Below are positions 1 through 8,434 of a DNA stretch of 64,000 bases, in pieces. The stretch lies in NCBI GenBank assembly GCA_963681965.1, contig OY820579.1, positions 1,920,001-1,984,000 on the forward strand, written 5' to 3'. The notes beneath the pieces were generated by a model. The model was not told where the DNA came from. It saw nothing but the letters and a program-made list of their open reading frames with translations, and did no database searches. Within the stretch, counting starts at the first letter, position 1. Every line of letters begins with the position of its first letter. The position numbers and the translations under genes were made by a program. This DNA is from a bacterium (GTDB lineage: Bacteria > Electryoneota > JAOADG01).

Positions 1-2
1 TA

Positions 3-1532
3 GGTCTCGACGATATCGGTATGTTGGCTCATGAAGCGGAAAATCTGCTCGATGGGATCCGGCGAAAATCCGATCGCATTACGCCTACAAGCTTGGAAGC
101 ATCGTTTAAATCGGTAGACTTCCTCAAGCGACAAGTCAATCGACTTGCCGAATCGATGAGTCGAGGAATGGTACCCTCTCGTGATCGCGATCTCTTTCCG
201 TTAATTCAATTGATTCAAAATGCCGTCCTTAATCGCCCCGCCGAGGGTACCGTCGAGCGAAGAGCATCAAGATCTGCAACCGACGCAGGCGAACCGGAAA
301 CCGTTTCAACCGAAGCTGAGATCAAAGAAGAAGAAAAATCGGAAGATGCATCGCGAAAATTATTAATTCGAGAGCCGATTCGAGTGGATGCCGATCGATT
401 GGATCGGTTGATCGATATGATTGGTGAATTAGTCATTGCCGAAGCGATGGTGCAACAGGATGTATCGCGATTGAGTTTGGAATCGACGGTACTGTCGCGA
501 AATACATCGCAATTGCACAAGATCACTCGCGAACTTCAAAGTTCGAGTCTTTCATTACGAATGATGCCGGTCCGTCCAGTGTTCCAGAAAATGGCTCGCA
601 TGGTGCGCGATTTAAGCAAGAAGGCTGAGAAGAAGATCGATTTCGTTATGGAAGGCGAAGACACCGAATTGGACAAATCGGTTGTCGATAAAATTGGCGA
701 TCCGTTGGTTCATATGATTCGCAATGCCGTTGATCATGGAATAGAATCATCGGAGACCCGAGTTAAAAATGGTAAGCCACCGATCGGTACAATCATGTTG
801 CGGGCTTTTCATCAAGGGAGCAGCATCTTTATCGAACTTTCCGACGATGGAGCTGGACTAGATCGCGAACGGATTCTTGAGAAAGGTCGCGAGCGCGGAC
901 TAATTCGTCCCGATGAAGTTCCAACGGATGATCAACTTTTCAATTTGATTTTTCATCCCGGTTTTTCGACTGCTCGACAAGTGACCGGTTTATCCGGTCG
1001 TGGTGTCGGGATGGATGTTGTCCGTCGGAACGTCGAGTCATTGAATGGATCGGTCGTTTTGAAATCGACCAAAGGACATGGAACTACAATCGCGTTACGG
1101 TTACCGTTAACTCTGGCAATTATCGATGGTATGCTACTGCAGGTCGGGGTTGAACGATATATTCTTCCTACATTCAGCATCGTTGAATCGTTGCGCTTGA
1201 CACCCGGTCAATTAACTACCGTAACTGGAACCGGTGAAATGATTGAATTTCGCGGTTCGATGATTCCTCTATATCGAATGAATCATTTATTTTCAATCGA
1301 CAATGGTGTCGAAGACCCGTGCGAAGGAATCGTATTGGTTGTCGAGGAAAACCAAATTCGCGTTGCATTGCTTGCCGACACTTTGCTGGGACAATATCAA
1401 GTGGTTATTAAAAATCTAGGTACATTTCTCGAGGGTACGAAGGGGATTGCCGGTGGAGCAATTCTAGCCGATGGCAGAGTCGGTTTGATCGTCGATCTGC
1501 ATGGATTTTTGAATTTAGCAAAAACAGTTTAG
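3..1532 (+). CDS. cheA: Chemotaxis histidine kinase CheA (5' end outside window)
   Basis: Frame open from the window edge (GLDDIGMLAHEAENLLD, end of Hpt domain); IRVDADRLDRLIDMIGELVI dimerisation domain, HMIRNAVDHGIE, DDGAGLD, GFSTA..SGRGVGMDVV HATPase, C-terminal CheW-like domain. Confidence 0.97.
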   Translation, partial: GLDDIGMLAHEAENLLDGIRRKSDRITPTSLEASFKSVDFLKRQVNRLAESMSRGMVPSRDRDLFPLIQLIQNAVLNRPAEGTVERRASRSATDAGEPETVSTEAEIKEEEKSEDASRKLLIREPIRVDADRLDRLIDMIGELVIAEAMVQQDVSRLSLESTVLSRNTSQLHKITRELQSSSLSLRMMPVRPVFQKMARMVRDLSKKAEKKIDFVMEGEDTELDKSVVDKIGDPLVHMIRNAVDHGIESSETRVKNGKPPIGTIMLRAFHQGSSIFIELSDDGAGLDRERILEKGRERGLIRPDEVPTDDQLFNLIFHPGFSTARQVTGLSGRGVGMDVVRRNVESLNGSVVLKSTKGHGTTIALRLPLTLAIIDGMLLQVGVERYILPTFSIVESLRLTPGQLTTVTGTGEMIEFRGSMIPLYRMNHLFSIDNGVEDPCEGIVLVVEENQIRVALLADTLLGQYQVVIKNLGTFLEGTKGIAGGAILADGRVGLIVDLHGFLNLAKTV

Positions 1533-1568
1533 TCTCGTCTTTGAATTTATTGAATAGTGAGGATTACG

Positions 1569-2063
1569 ATGGAAGCGACTCTACCGAACACAGAAGTGAA
1601 ATCGGGTAAATATCTGACTTTCAAACTTGGAAATGAAGAATATGGTGTCCAAATTTTGAAAGTACGCGAGATCATTGGTCTGCTGGATATTACACGTGTT
1701 CCTCGAACACCGGATTTTATTCTTGGGGTAGTTAACTTACGTGGAAAAGTGATTCCAGTGATTAATCTGCGAAAGAAATTCGGCTTACCCGATGTCGAAC
1801 ACACAGCATTGACCTGTATAGTGGTCGTTGACCTCCAAAAAGTTCAAATGGGTCTCGTCGTCGACGAAGTTTCCGAGGTGTTGGATATTAAACAAGAAGA
1901 GATCGAAGATTCACCAGACTTCGGTGCTAGCGTCGATACCGGTTTTATCTTGGGAATTGGAAAAGTGAAGGGTCACGTATCGATCCTACTCGACATTGAG
2001 AAAGTTCTTGCACAAGAAGAAACGTTGCAAACGTTTGCTGCACTTAGTGGAGTCAATGGTTGA
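1569..2063 (+). CDS. cheW: Chemotaxis coupling protein CheW
   Basis: YLTFKLGNEEYGV..VREII, ITRVPRTPDFILGVVNLRGKVIPVI, GLVVDEVSEV; ATG 1569 preferred over 1557. Confidence 0.96.
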   Translation: MEATLPNTEVKSGKYLTFKLGNEEYGVQILKVREIIGLLDITRVPRTPDFILGVVNLRGKVIPVINLRKKFGLPDVEHTALTCIVVVDLQKVQMGLVVDEVSEVLDIKQEEIEDSPDFGASVDTGFILGIGKVKGHVSILLDIEKVLAQEETLQTFAALSGVNG

Positions 2064-2103
2064 TCGCTGTTCTCAAGACAAATTCTTTGTCATCCGGAGT
2101 TAA

Positions 2104-2610
2104 TTGTTGAAACAACCGGTTAAAAGTTGTCATTTAGCACCTGCTCATGTCTTTGTCGAACGTCAATCGACGTTAGTCAGTACGGTAGTGGGAAGCAATG
2201 TCGCAGTCTGTCTTTGGGATCGGGAATTAAAAATTGGTGGTATGAATAATTTTCAGTTTCCCAATTCTAAACAAACTGGCAAGATATCTGTCATTTATGG
2301 TAATGTCGCCACGTTGTTGTTGGTTAAAATGATGATCGGAGAAGGTGCGCAAACCGGTAATATCGAAGCACAATTGTTTGGTGGCGGTATTCCTCCATGG
2401 AATCAAAATTCAAAAATCGGAACCGAAAATATTAAGATTGCTCGTTCGGTGCTCCGGCGAAAGGGAATTCGCATTGTTTCCGAAGATGTTGGTGGATCCC
2501 GAGGTCGGAAAATTGTTTTCGATACCCATAGCGGACAGGTTGCCGTTCTGAAAGTACAACGGATCCGCCAAGACGATTGGTTGGAAGTCGAAAAGCTTGA
2601 AAGCGATTAA
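2104..2610 (+). CDS. cheD: CheD-family protein, catalytic Cys and His apparently replaced
   Basis: STVVGSNVAVCLWD..GGMNNF, AQLFGGG, IGTENI, SEDVGGSRGRKIVFD are CheD motifs; canonical GSC and GGMxH read GSN and GGMNN. Confidence 0.88.
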   Translation: MLKQPVKSCHLAPAHVFVERQSTLVSTVVGSNVAVCLWDRELKIGGMNNFQFPNSKQTGKISVIYGNVATLLLVKMMIGEGAQTGNIEAQLFGGGIPPWNQNSKIGTENIKIARSVLRRKGIRIVSEDVGGSRGRKIVFDTHSGQVAVLKVQRIRQDDWLEVEKLESD

Positions 2611-2680
2611 TCCATTGCTAGACAATGGCAGATGCTACGACAAGTATCATTTCTAATTTTTAACATAGGTTTCGCGCAAA

Positions 2681-3490
2681 ATGAAAGCGGCGATATTCCA
2701 AAAGTTCTGCGATTTAGTTTACCGTGAAAGCGGGATATTCCTCAAAGAGGGAAAGGAATCCTTGCTGGAAGCCCGGATTGGTAAACGAAAACGTGCTTTG
2801 GGATTAGCCTCCGATGAAGATTATTTCGAACAGGTCATCTCCGATAAATCAGGACAAGAACTGGTTCAATTGCTCGATGTAATCTCGACCAATGTCACGC
2901 ATTTTTTTCGCGATCCGAATCAATTTGAATTTCTTGAGGATCTAATTTCAAATTGGATTGACGATGATCTTCGAACATTGCGAATCTGGTCGGCGGCATC
3001 TTCCAGCGGTGAGGAACCTTTTTCGATTGCGATGATTCTTGCCAAAGTGATCGGTTCGCATAAAGTCGATTGGAAAATTCTGGGTACCGATATATCGACC
3101 AGAATGCTTGCAGTAGCCAAATTGGGCGAATTCGAAGATGTAAAAATCGATGGTAAAATCGATCGATCACTGATTGCAAAATATCTCTTGAAACGAAATG
3201 TCGCGAACGGTCGTCAGATTTACTGTGTTGCCGATGAATTGAAATCGCACTGCAAATTTGCCAGATTGAATCTGATCGAACCACCCTATCCGATGCGAGG
3301 TCCATTCGATATCATATTTTGTCGAAATGTGATGATCTATTTCGACGAAAAAACCCGGCGATTAGTAGTTGAATCCATGTTGAATTTATTGAAACCGGGT
3401 GGGTATTTGTTTGTCGGAAGCGCCGAAAGTTTAGTCGGAATGCAGACTAGATTAGTTCCGGTACGTCCGGCGATTTATTGCAACGAGTAA
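2681..3490 (+). CDS. cheR: Chemotaxis methyltransferase CheR
   Basis: STNVTHFFRD, IWSAASSSGEEPFSIAM, GTDIS, FDIIFCRNVMIYFD, LKPGGYLFVGSAESL. Confidence 0.96.
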   Translation: MKAAIFQKFCDLVYRESGIFLKEGKESLLEARIGKRKRALGLASDEDYFEQVISDKSGQELVQLLDVISTNVTHFFRDPNQFEFLEDLISNWIDDDLRTLRIWSAASSSGEEPFSIAMILAKVIGSHKVDWKILGTDISTRMLAVAKLGEFEDVKIDGKIDRSLIAKYLLKRNVANGRQIYCVADELKSHCKFARLNLIEPPYPMRGPFDIIFCRNVMIYFDEKTRRLVVESMLNLLKPGGYLFVGSAESLVGMQTRLVPVRPAIYCNE

Positions 3491-3984
3491 TAGAATCGAG
3501 AATTATATTGCTCCATATTGTGAATATCTCCGATTATTGTGTTTCTTCGAATATTGAGGAAACAATAATAACCTATTCATTGGGTTCGTGTCTTGGAGTC
3601 ACGATCTTCGATCCTGTAATGAGGATCGGAGGAATGATGCATTCCATGTTGCCATTGTCAAAAATCGATCCGGAAAAGGCTGCTACGATACCGTACATGT
3701 TTGTCGATACTGGATTGACATTACTCTTAACGGAATTTTTCGCCCGTGGTTCCGAACGCCGAAACTTAAAAGTGAAATTGGCAGGCTGTTCGCATTTGAT
3801 GGACGAGAATGGCATCTTCAAAATTGGTGAACGGAATTACGCAGTGGCTCGCAAGATCTTGTGGAAAAATGAAATATTAATTGACGCGGAAGACATTGGC
3901 GGTACATTAACACGAACGGTGATGCTTAATATTGCGACTGGCGAAACGAAATTACGCATCTCAGGTAAGGAGAACCCGCTATGA
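3478..3984 (+). CDS. cheD: Chemoreceptor glutamine deamidase CheD (second copy, intact motifs; start may be TTG 3508)
   Basis: TYSLGSCLGV, GGMMHSMLP, FVDTG, IGERN, AEDIGG. Confidence 0.92.
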   Translation: MQRVIESRIILLHIVNISDYCVSSNIEETIITYSLGSCLGVTIFDPVMRIGGMMHSMLPLSKIDPEKAATIPYMFVDTGLTLLLTEFFARGSERRNLKVKLAGCSHLMDENGIFKIGERNYAVARKILWKNEILIDAEDIGGTLTRTVMLNIATGETKLRISGKENPL

Positions 3985-4832
3985 AAATTCAACGGGAAAT
4001 CCTGTCGGGAATTTACGATTTACCTTCGTTTCCAGCAGTGGCAACTCGTTTGATTGCGCTGTTGCAGAACTCGGATACGAATATTCAGGAAATTGTTCGA
4101 ATTATCGAACTTGATCCGGCATTGACGGCTCGGTTACTACGGGCGGCTAACAGTGCTTACTGGGGTTTGCCGGTTCGGGTGTATCATGCTCGCGAGGCAA
4201 TATTACGACTTGGTTACGATCGGACGGCACAACTCGTCATCGCGATGACCATGGGTCCGATCATGAATATCGAGGTATCCGGGTACTTGCTGGGGTATCG
4301 CGATTTGTGGCAGCATTCGGTCGCAACTGCCGTTGCAGCGGAATGTCTAGCGATTCGCGTGAAAAGCCAAAACGCTTCGGAAGCCTTCACTGCAGGACTT
4401 CTGCACGATGTCGGCAAATTGGTGATGAATCGGTTTGTGGCAGACAATCATCGGAAATTGGATGAGTTGACAAATACTTCCGGTCAAAGTTATGCGGAAG
4501 CAGAGACGCAAGAATTCTCGATCAATCATGCCGAAGTTGGCGCCGAAATTCTGGAATACTGGATGCTGCCATCGTCGATCGTCAATGCGGTTCGCTACCA
4601 CCACGAACCGCAACGATCTTATCCCGATGGCTTGTTATTGGTTGAAATCGTCAACGTAGCCAATGCGATGGTACTGATGGCTGGCATCGGTGTCGGACGA
4701 GATGGATTGCGATTCCGTGTCGATAAACCATCGATCGAACGTTTTAATTTGTCGCCTCGAGCCGTTGCCGAAATGATGAGTCAGGTTGCTTCTCGATTGG
4801 AAGCAGCAAAAGAACTGATCGATCTGGAGTAA
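3981..4832 (+). CDS. HDOD domain signalling protein
   Basis: LPSFP, DPALTARLLRAANSAYWG, LWQHSVATA, AFTAGLLHDVGKL, NHAEVGA..W.LP, AVRYHHEP. Confidence 0.93.
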   Translation: MKIQREILSGIYDLPSFPAVATRLIALLQNSDTNIQEIVRIIELDPALTARLLRAANSAYWGLPVRVYHAREAILRLGYDRTAQLVIAMTMGPIMNIEVSGYLLGYRDLWQHSVATAVAAECLAIRVKSQNASEAFTAGLLHDVGKLVMNRFVADNHRKLDELTNTSGQSYAEAETQEFSINHAEVGAEILEYWMLPSSIVNAVRYHHEPQRSYPDGLLLVEIVNVANAMVLMAGIGVGRDGLRFRVDKPSIERFNLSPRAVAEMMSQVASRLEAAKELIDLE

Positions 4833-4842
4833 GGGTAAAACT

Positions 4843-5229
4843 ATGGCATATAACATTCTGGTGGTCGACGATAGTCAAATCGTCAGATCGGTGATCAAGA
4901 AGACCCTTGCCCTTGCCGGGATAGAAATCGGCAATATTTACGAAGCGGCAAACGGAGCCGAAGGTTTGGTGATCGTTAAGGAAAAATGGATCGATTTGAT
5001 TTTTGCCGATATTCACATGCCTGTCATGACCGGAATCGAATTCGTTGATAAACTTGCTGAAGATGGAATACTCGCAACGGTACCGGTAATCATTGTTTCA
5101 TCGGAAGGGTCGACAACGCGTATTGAAGAATTGAATCGAAAAGGTATTCGGGCTTTTGTCCGCAAGCCGTTTACTCCCGAATCGATCCGGGAAGTTGTGA
5201 GTAAAGTCATGGGGGAGGAGACTGCGTGA
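4843..5229 (+). CDS. cheY: CheY-like single-domain response regulator
   Basis: ILVVDDS, DIHMPVMTG, VSSEG, KPFTPE. Confidence 0.9.
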   Translation: MAYNILVVDDSQIVRSVIKKTLALAGIEIGNIYEAANGAEGLVIVKEKWIDLIFADIHMPVMTGIEFVDKLAEDGILATVPVIIVSSEGSTTRIEELNRKGIRAFVRKPFTPESIREVVSKVMGEETA

Positions 5230-5693
5230 TGTTCGAACACTTACCGGAAGCCTCCCGATTGTTTATCGAGACGCTGGAACATGTTTCATTTCAGTTTGCC
5301 GAGCAGATCGAAGCCAACGAATTATCGCATATTCCCGACGATTTAATTGACGTCACTCTAGATTATCGCGGAGCGCCAAATGGTTCAATCCAGTTTGCCA
5401 CTAGTCGCGATTTCAGTCGCCAGCTTGCCGCCAACATGCTCGGTTGTGAGATTGACGATCCGTCGGTAGAACCTGCGATCGAAGACAGCATCGGCGAATT
5501 GTGCAATATTTATGCTGGTCAGCTAATGCCGGTAGTATACGATCCCAGCAAACAGTTTATGCTCGGAATCCCAATTCACAATCGATTCGACGGCGATCGC
5601 TTCGCTGATTTATCGAAGAAAGAATCGACAATCGTTTTTCTGATCGATGAAGAATATCCATTCTTGCTGAGTATCACTGAAAGCGAGCAATAA
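5226..5693 (+). CDS. CheX-like chemotaxis protein
   Basis: QLAANMLG...EDSIGELCNIYAG (CheX E-x2-N motif); overlaps the upstream cheY. Confidence 0.75.
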   Translation: MMFEHLPEASRLFIETLEHVSFQFAEQIEANELSHIPDDLIDVTLDYRGAPNGSIQFATSRDFSRQLAANMLGCEIDDPSVEPAIEDSIGELCNIYAGQLMPVVYDPSKQFMLGIPIHNRFDGDRFADLSKKESTIVFLIDEEYPFLLSITESEQ

Positions 5694-5699
5694 GCACAA

Positions 5700-6731
5700 A
5701 TGAAAACACGCATAGTCATCGTTGACGATTCCCTGATTGTACGACAAGTGCTGACGCGCGAGTTATCGCGCGATCCCGATCTTGAAGTCGTCGGAACCGC
5801 ATCGGATCCTTATATTGCGCGTGATGTGATTGTGTCGCTTCGACCCGATGTCGTGACACTTGATATCGAAATGCCGAGAATGGACGGAATTACATTTTTA
5901 AAGAAATTGATGAGATATTTTCCAATACCGATTATTATTGTTTCTTCTTTGACCAAACATGGTAGTTCGATGGCGATGGATGCGCTTCACGCCGGTGCCG
6001 TGGATGTTGTAGCAAAACCACATAATGCACAATCGATTGCCGAACTTAGTATTGTTTTGGCAGAGAAAATTAAAGCTGCTGCACAAGTCAATATTGAAAA
6101 GTACCGGATTCAATCGCTGATGTCGTTTGCGCAGACCAATCGATCGACGCTTGCTTTGGCTACCATTTCCTCGAAAATCATCGCCATCGGGGCATCGACC
6201 GGTGGCACCCAAGCAATCGAAGCGATCTTAACGCAACTCCCGGAGAATACTCCACCAATCGTTGTGGTTCAACATATGCCCGAAAACTTTACGAAGTCAT
6301 TTGCCGAGCGATTGGACCGCATCTGTCAGATCTCAGTCAAAGAAGGTGAGAACGGTGACGCATTGTTGATTGGTCGTGCGCTGGTAGCTCCGGGTAATAA
6401 ACATATGCTGGTAAAGAAATCCGGTAATAACTTTCAGATCGAGATTAAAGATGGACCACTGGTTTGTCGACAACGACCTGCCGTCGATGTGACTTTTCGG
6501 AGTGTTGCCCGAGTGGTCGGAAAAAAAGCCATCGGGGTGATTTTGACTGGTATGGGAAATGATGGTGCTGCCGGGATGTTGGAAATGAAGCAACAGGGAG
6601 CGTATAATCTTGCTCAGGATGAAGCAACATCGATTGTATACGGTATGCCAAAAGAAGCTGTAAAACTAGGGGCCGTGGACAAAATCGTTCCTTTGGATAT
6701 GATTCCACGGTCGATACTCGCCGCTCTATAA
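5700..6731 (+). CDS. cheB: Chemotaxis methylesterase CheB
   Basis: REC domain (LDIEMPRMDG) plus IGASTGG, QHMP and LTGMGNDG catalytic motifs. Confidence 0.97.
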   Translation: MKTRIVIVDDSLIVRQVLTRELSRDPDLEVVGTASDPYIARDVIVSLRPDVVTLDIEMPRMDGITFLKKLMRYFPIPIIIVSSLTKHGSSMAMDALHAGAVDVVAKPHNAQSIAELSIVLAEKIKAAAQVNIEKYRIQSLMSFAQTNRSTLALATISSKIIAIGASTGGTQAIEAILTQLPENTPPIVVVQHMPENFTKSFAERLDRICQISVKEGENGDALLIGRALVAPGNKHMLVKKSGNNFQIEIKDGPLVCRQRPAVDVTFRSVARVVGKKAIGVILTGMGNDGAAGMLEMKQQGAYNLAQDEATSIVYGMPKEAVKLGAVDKIVPLDMIPRSILAAL

Positions 6732-6744
6732 CGCCGAGGATTGT

Positions 6745-7104
6745 ATGAAAATTCTTGTAGTTGACGATTCCGCAATTATGCGTCGCTTGATCGCGAAACA
6801 ATTGAATGCTCACGGCTATGACGATATTGTCGAAGCCGGGGACGGTGCCGAAGCAATTTCCAAGTTAGAGGGGATCGATCTCATTCTGACTGACTGGAAT
6901 ATGCCGGTTATGAATGGACTGGAGTTTGTAAAAGCGGTACGAGCGATACCCGCAATGGGTAATGTACCGATCATGATGATTACCACCGAGGGGGCACGCG
7001 ACGAAGTCATCGAGGCGTTGAAATCGGGTGTCAATGAGTATTTAGTTAAACCCTTTACTTCTCCTGATTTATTGGATAAAGTAAAAAAATTGATTAATGA
7101 GTAA
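6745..7104 (+). CDS. cheY: Chemotaxis response regulator CheY
   Basis: ILVVDDS, TDWNMPVMNG, MITTEG, YLVKPFT. Confidence 0.93.
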   Translation: MKILVVDDSAIMRRLIAKQLNAHGYDDIVEAGDGAEAISKLEGIDLILTDWNMPVMNGLEFVKAVRAIPAMGNVPIMMITTEGARDEVIEALKSGVNEYLVKPFTSPDLLDKVKKLINE

Positions 7105-7116
7105 ACTGAGGCTCTC

Positions 7117-7650
7117 ATGGACACCAAGTATTTAAATCCTTTTATTACTGCTACCACGAATGCGATCGAGACGATGGTCGGAATCGATATCAAAGCCGGT
7201 GTACCTTTTTCGACCACCGACCCGTCACCAACTGCAGTTGCCGGTGTAATCGATATCTCTTTTAAAGCAGTGGATGCACGTCAATTTGCCGATATTACTG
7301 GCGTTGTCGGATTTGCCTCCTCGAAACTCCTGGGAAGTGTTGCCTTGGCATTTACCGAATCGGTTGCTTTAAAAATATACAATTCGATGATGGGTGAGAA
7401 TGTAACGTCGATTAACTCCGATGTCGGAGACGCCATCGGAGAATTAGCGAATATTATTTGCGGTAGCGCTAAAACCGAATTCTCGCTGATGAAATTGACG
7501 TACGATATCTCGATTCCATCCATCGTACAAGGAACAAATCATCGTGTTACGTTCAAACGTGACATCCCGACTGTTGTCATTCCGTTTATTCTCGATGGTA
7601 ACGAACAGTTTCATTTAGAGATTGCATTGAAATTATTCCCTGAAGATTGA
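7117..7650 (+). CDS. cheX: CheY-P phosphatase CheX
   Basis: YLNPFI, DITGVVGF, DAIGELANIICGSAK, ISIPSIVQG, VVIPF. Confidence 0.9.
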   Translation: MDTKYLNPFITATTNAIETMVGIDIKAGVPFSTTDPSPTAVAGVIDISFKAVDARQFADITGVVGFASSKLLGSVALAFTESVALKIYNSMMGENVTSINSDVGDAIGELANIICGSAKTEFSLMKLTYDISIPSIVQGTNHRVTFKRDIPTVVIPFILDGNEQFHLEIALKLFPED

Positions 7651-7669
7651 TCTATTTTTCAAGAATTTG

Positions 7670-7700
7670 ACCGGCGATGATTGTCATCGCCGGTTTTTTA
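7670..7700 (+). terminator. Intrinsic terminator ending the che operon
   Basis: ACCGGCGATGA-ttg-TCATCGCCGGT stem followed by a T run. Confidence 0.85.
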
Positions 7701-7726
7701 TTGAGAAGAATCGTATATTGGGAGAT

Positions 7727-8434
7727 ATGAATATTCTCTGGGTAGATCTAATTGCCGCGTTTTCTGCGGGTTTTCTCGGAAGCATCCATTGTATGGCGAT
7801 GTGTGGTCCAATCGCTGGGTATGGCTGTGGAATGCCGCGAACAAACCGGCGCTGGTTTGATCCACTGCTATTTGTCGGTGGAAAATTTGTATCGTATTCG
7901 CTACTCGGATTACTTGCTGGTGGATTGGGTAAATGGGTTTCTTCCAGTCATTGGTTGCCGAAAACGGAAGCGTGGTTGAGTATTAGTGTTGGTACCGCAA
8001 TGGCGGTTATAATTCTTTACCATTGGGTGGTTCCCGCAGGTAAGAGTGTTCACTGGTCAATCCGAATTTTCCGTCCGTTACTGCGAAAAATCGGCGATCC
8101 AGAATCGTCCGGATCGCGCAATCTTCTTCCTGCGCTATCATTGGGATTTTTCGCAGCACTTCTTCCTTGTGGACTATTGTATGCTATGCTGCTGCGTGCA
8201 GGCGCTACAGGCTCGATTTTATCCGGAATGTTGATGATGCAAGCCTTTGGAATCGGTACATCACCGGCACTAATCGGTATCGGTGCAATCTCGCATTTGC
8301 TACCAGCCAAAATCCAAAAACATGCGGTTCGCTTTGGTGAAATCGTGATGCTCGTTATGGCGGCAAGCTTGCTGTATCGCGGTATCAATGGATTGAAATC
8401 ACCGAAACAATGTCCGCTGTGTGAGGAAGATTAA
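7727..8434 (+). CDS. Sulfite exporter TauE/SafE-like (DsbD_2/UreH-like) membrane protein
   Basis: GFLGSIHCMAMCGP, LLPCGLLY and FGIGTSP motifs, several TM helices, C-terminal CPLC; ATG 7727 follows GGAGA. Confidence 0.85.
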   Translation: MNILWVDLIAAFSAGFLGSIHCMAMCGPIAGYGCGMPRTNRRWFDPLLFVGGKFVSYSLLGLLAGGLGKWVSSSHWLPKTEAWLSISVGTAMAVIILYHWVVPAGKSVHWSIRIFRPLLRKIGDPESSGSRNLLPALSLGFFAALLPCGLLYAMLLRAGATGSILSGMLMMQAFGIGTSPALIGIGAISHLLPAKIQKHAVRFGEIVMLVMAASLLYRGINGLKSPKQCPLCEED

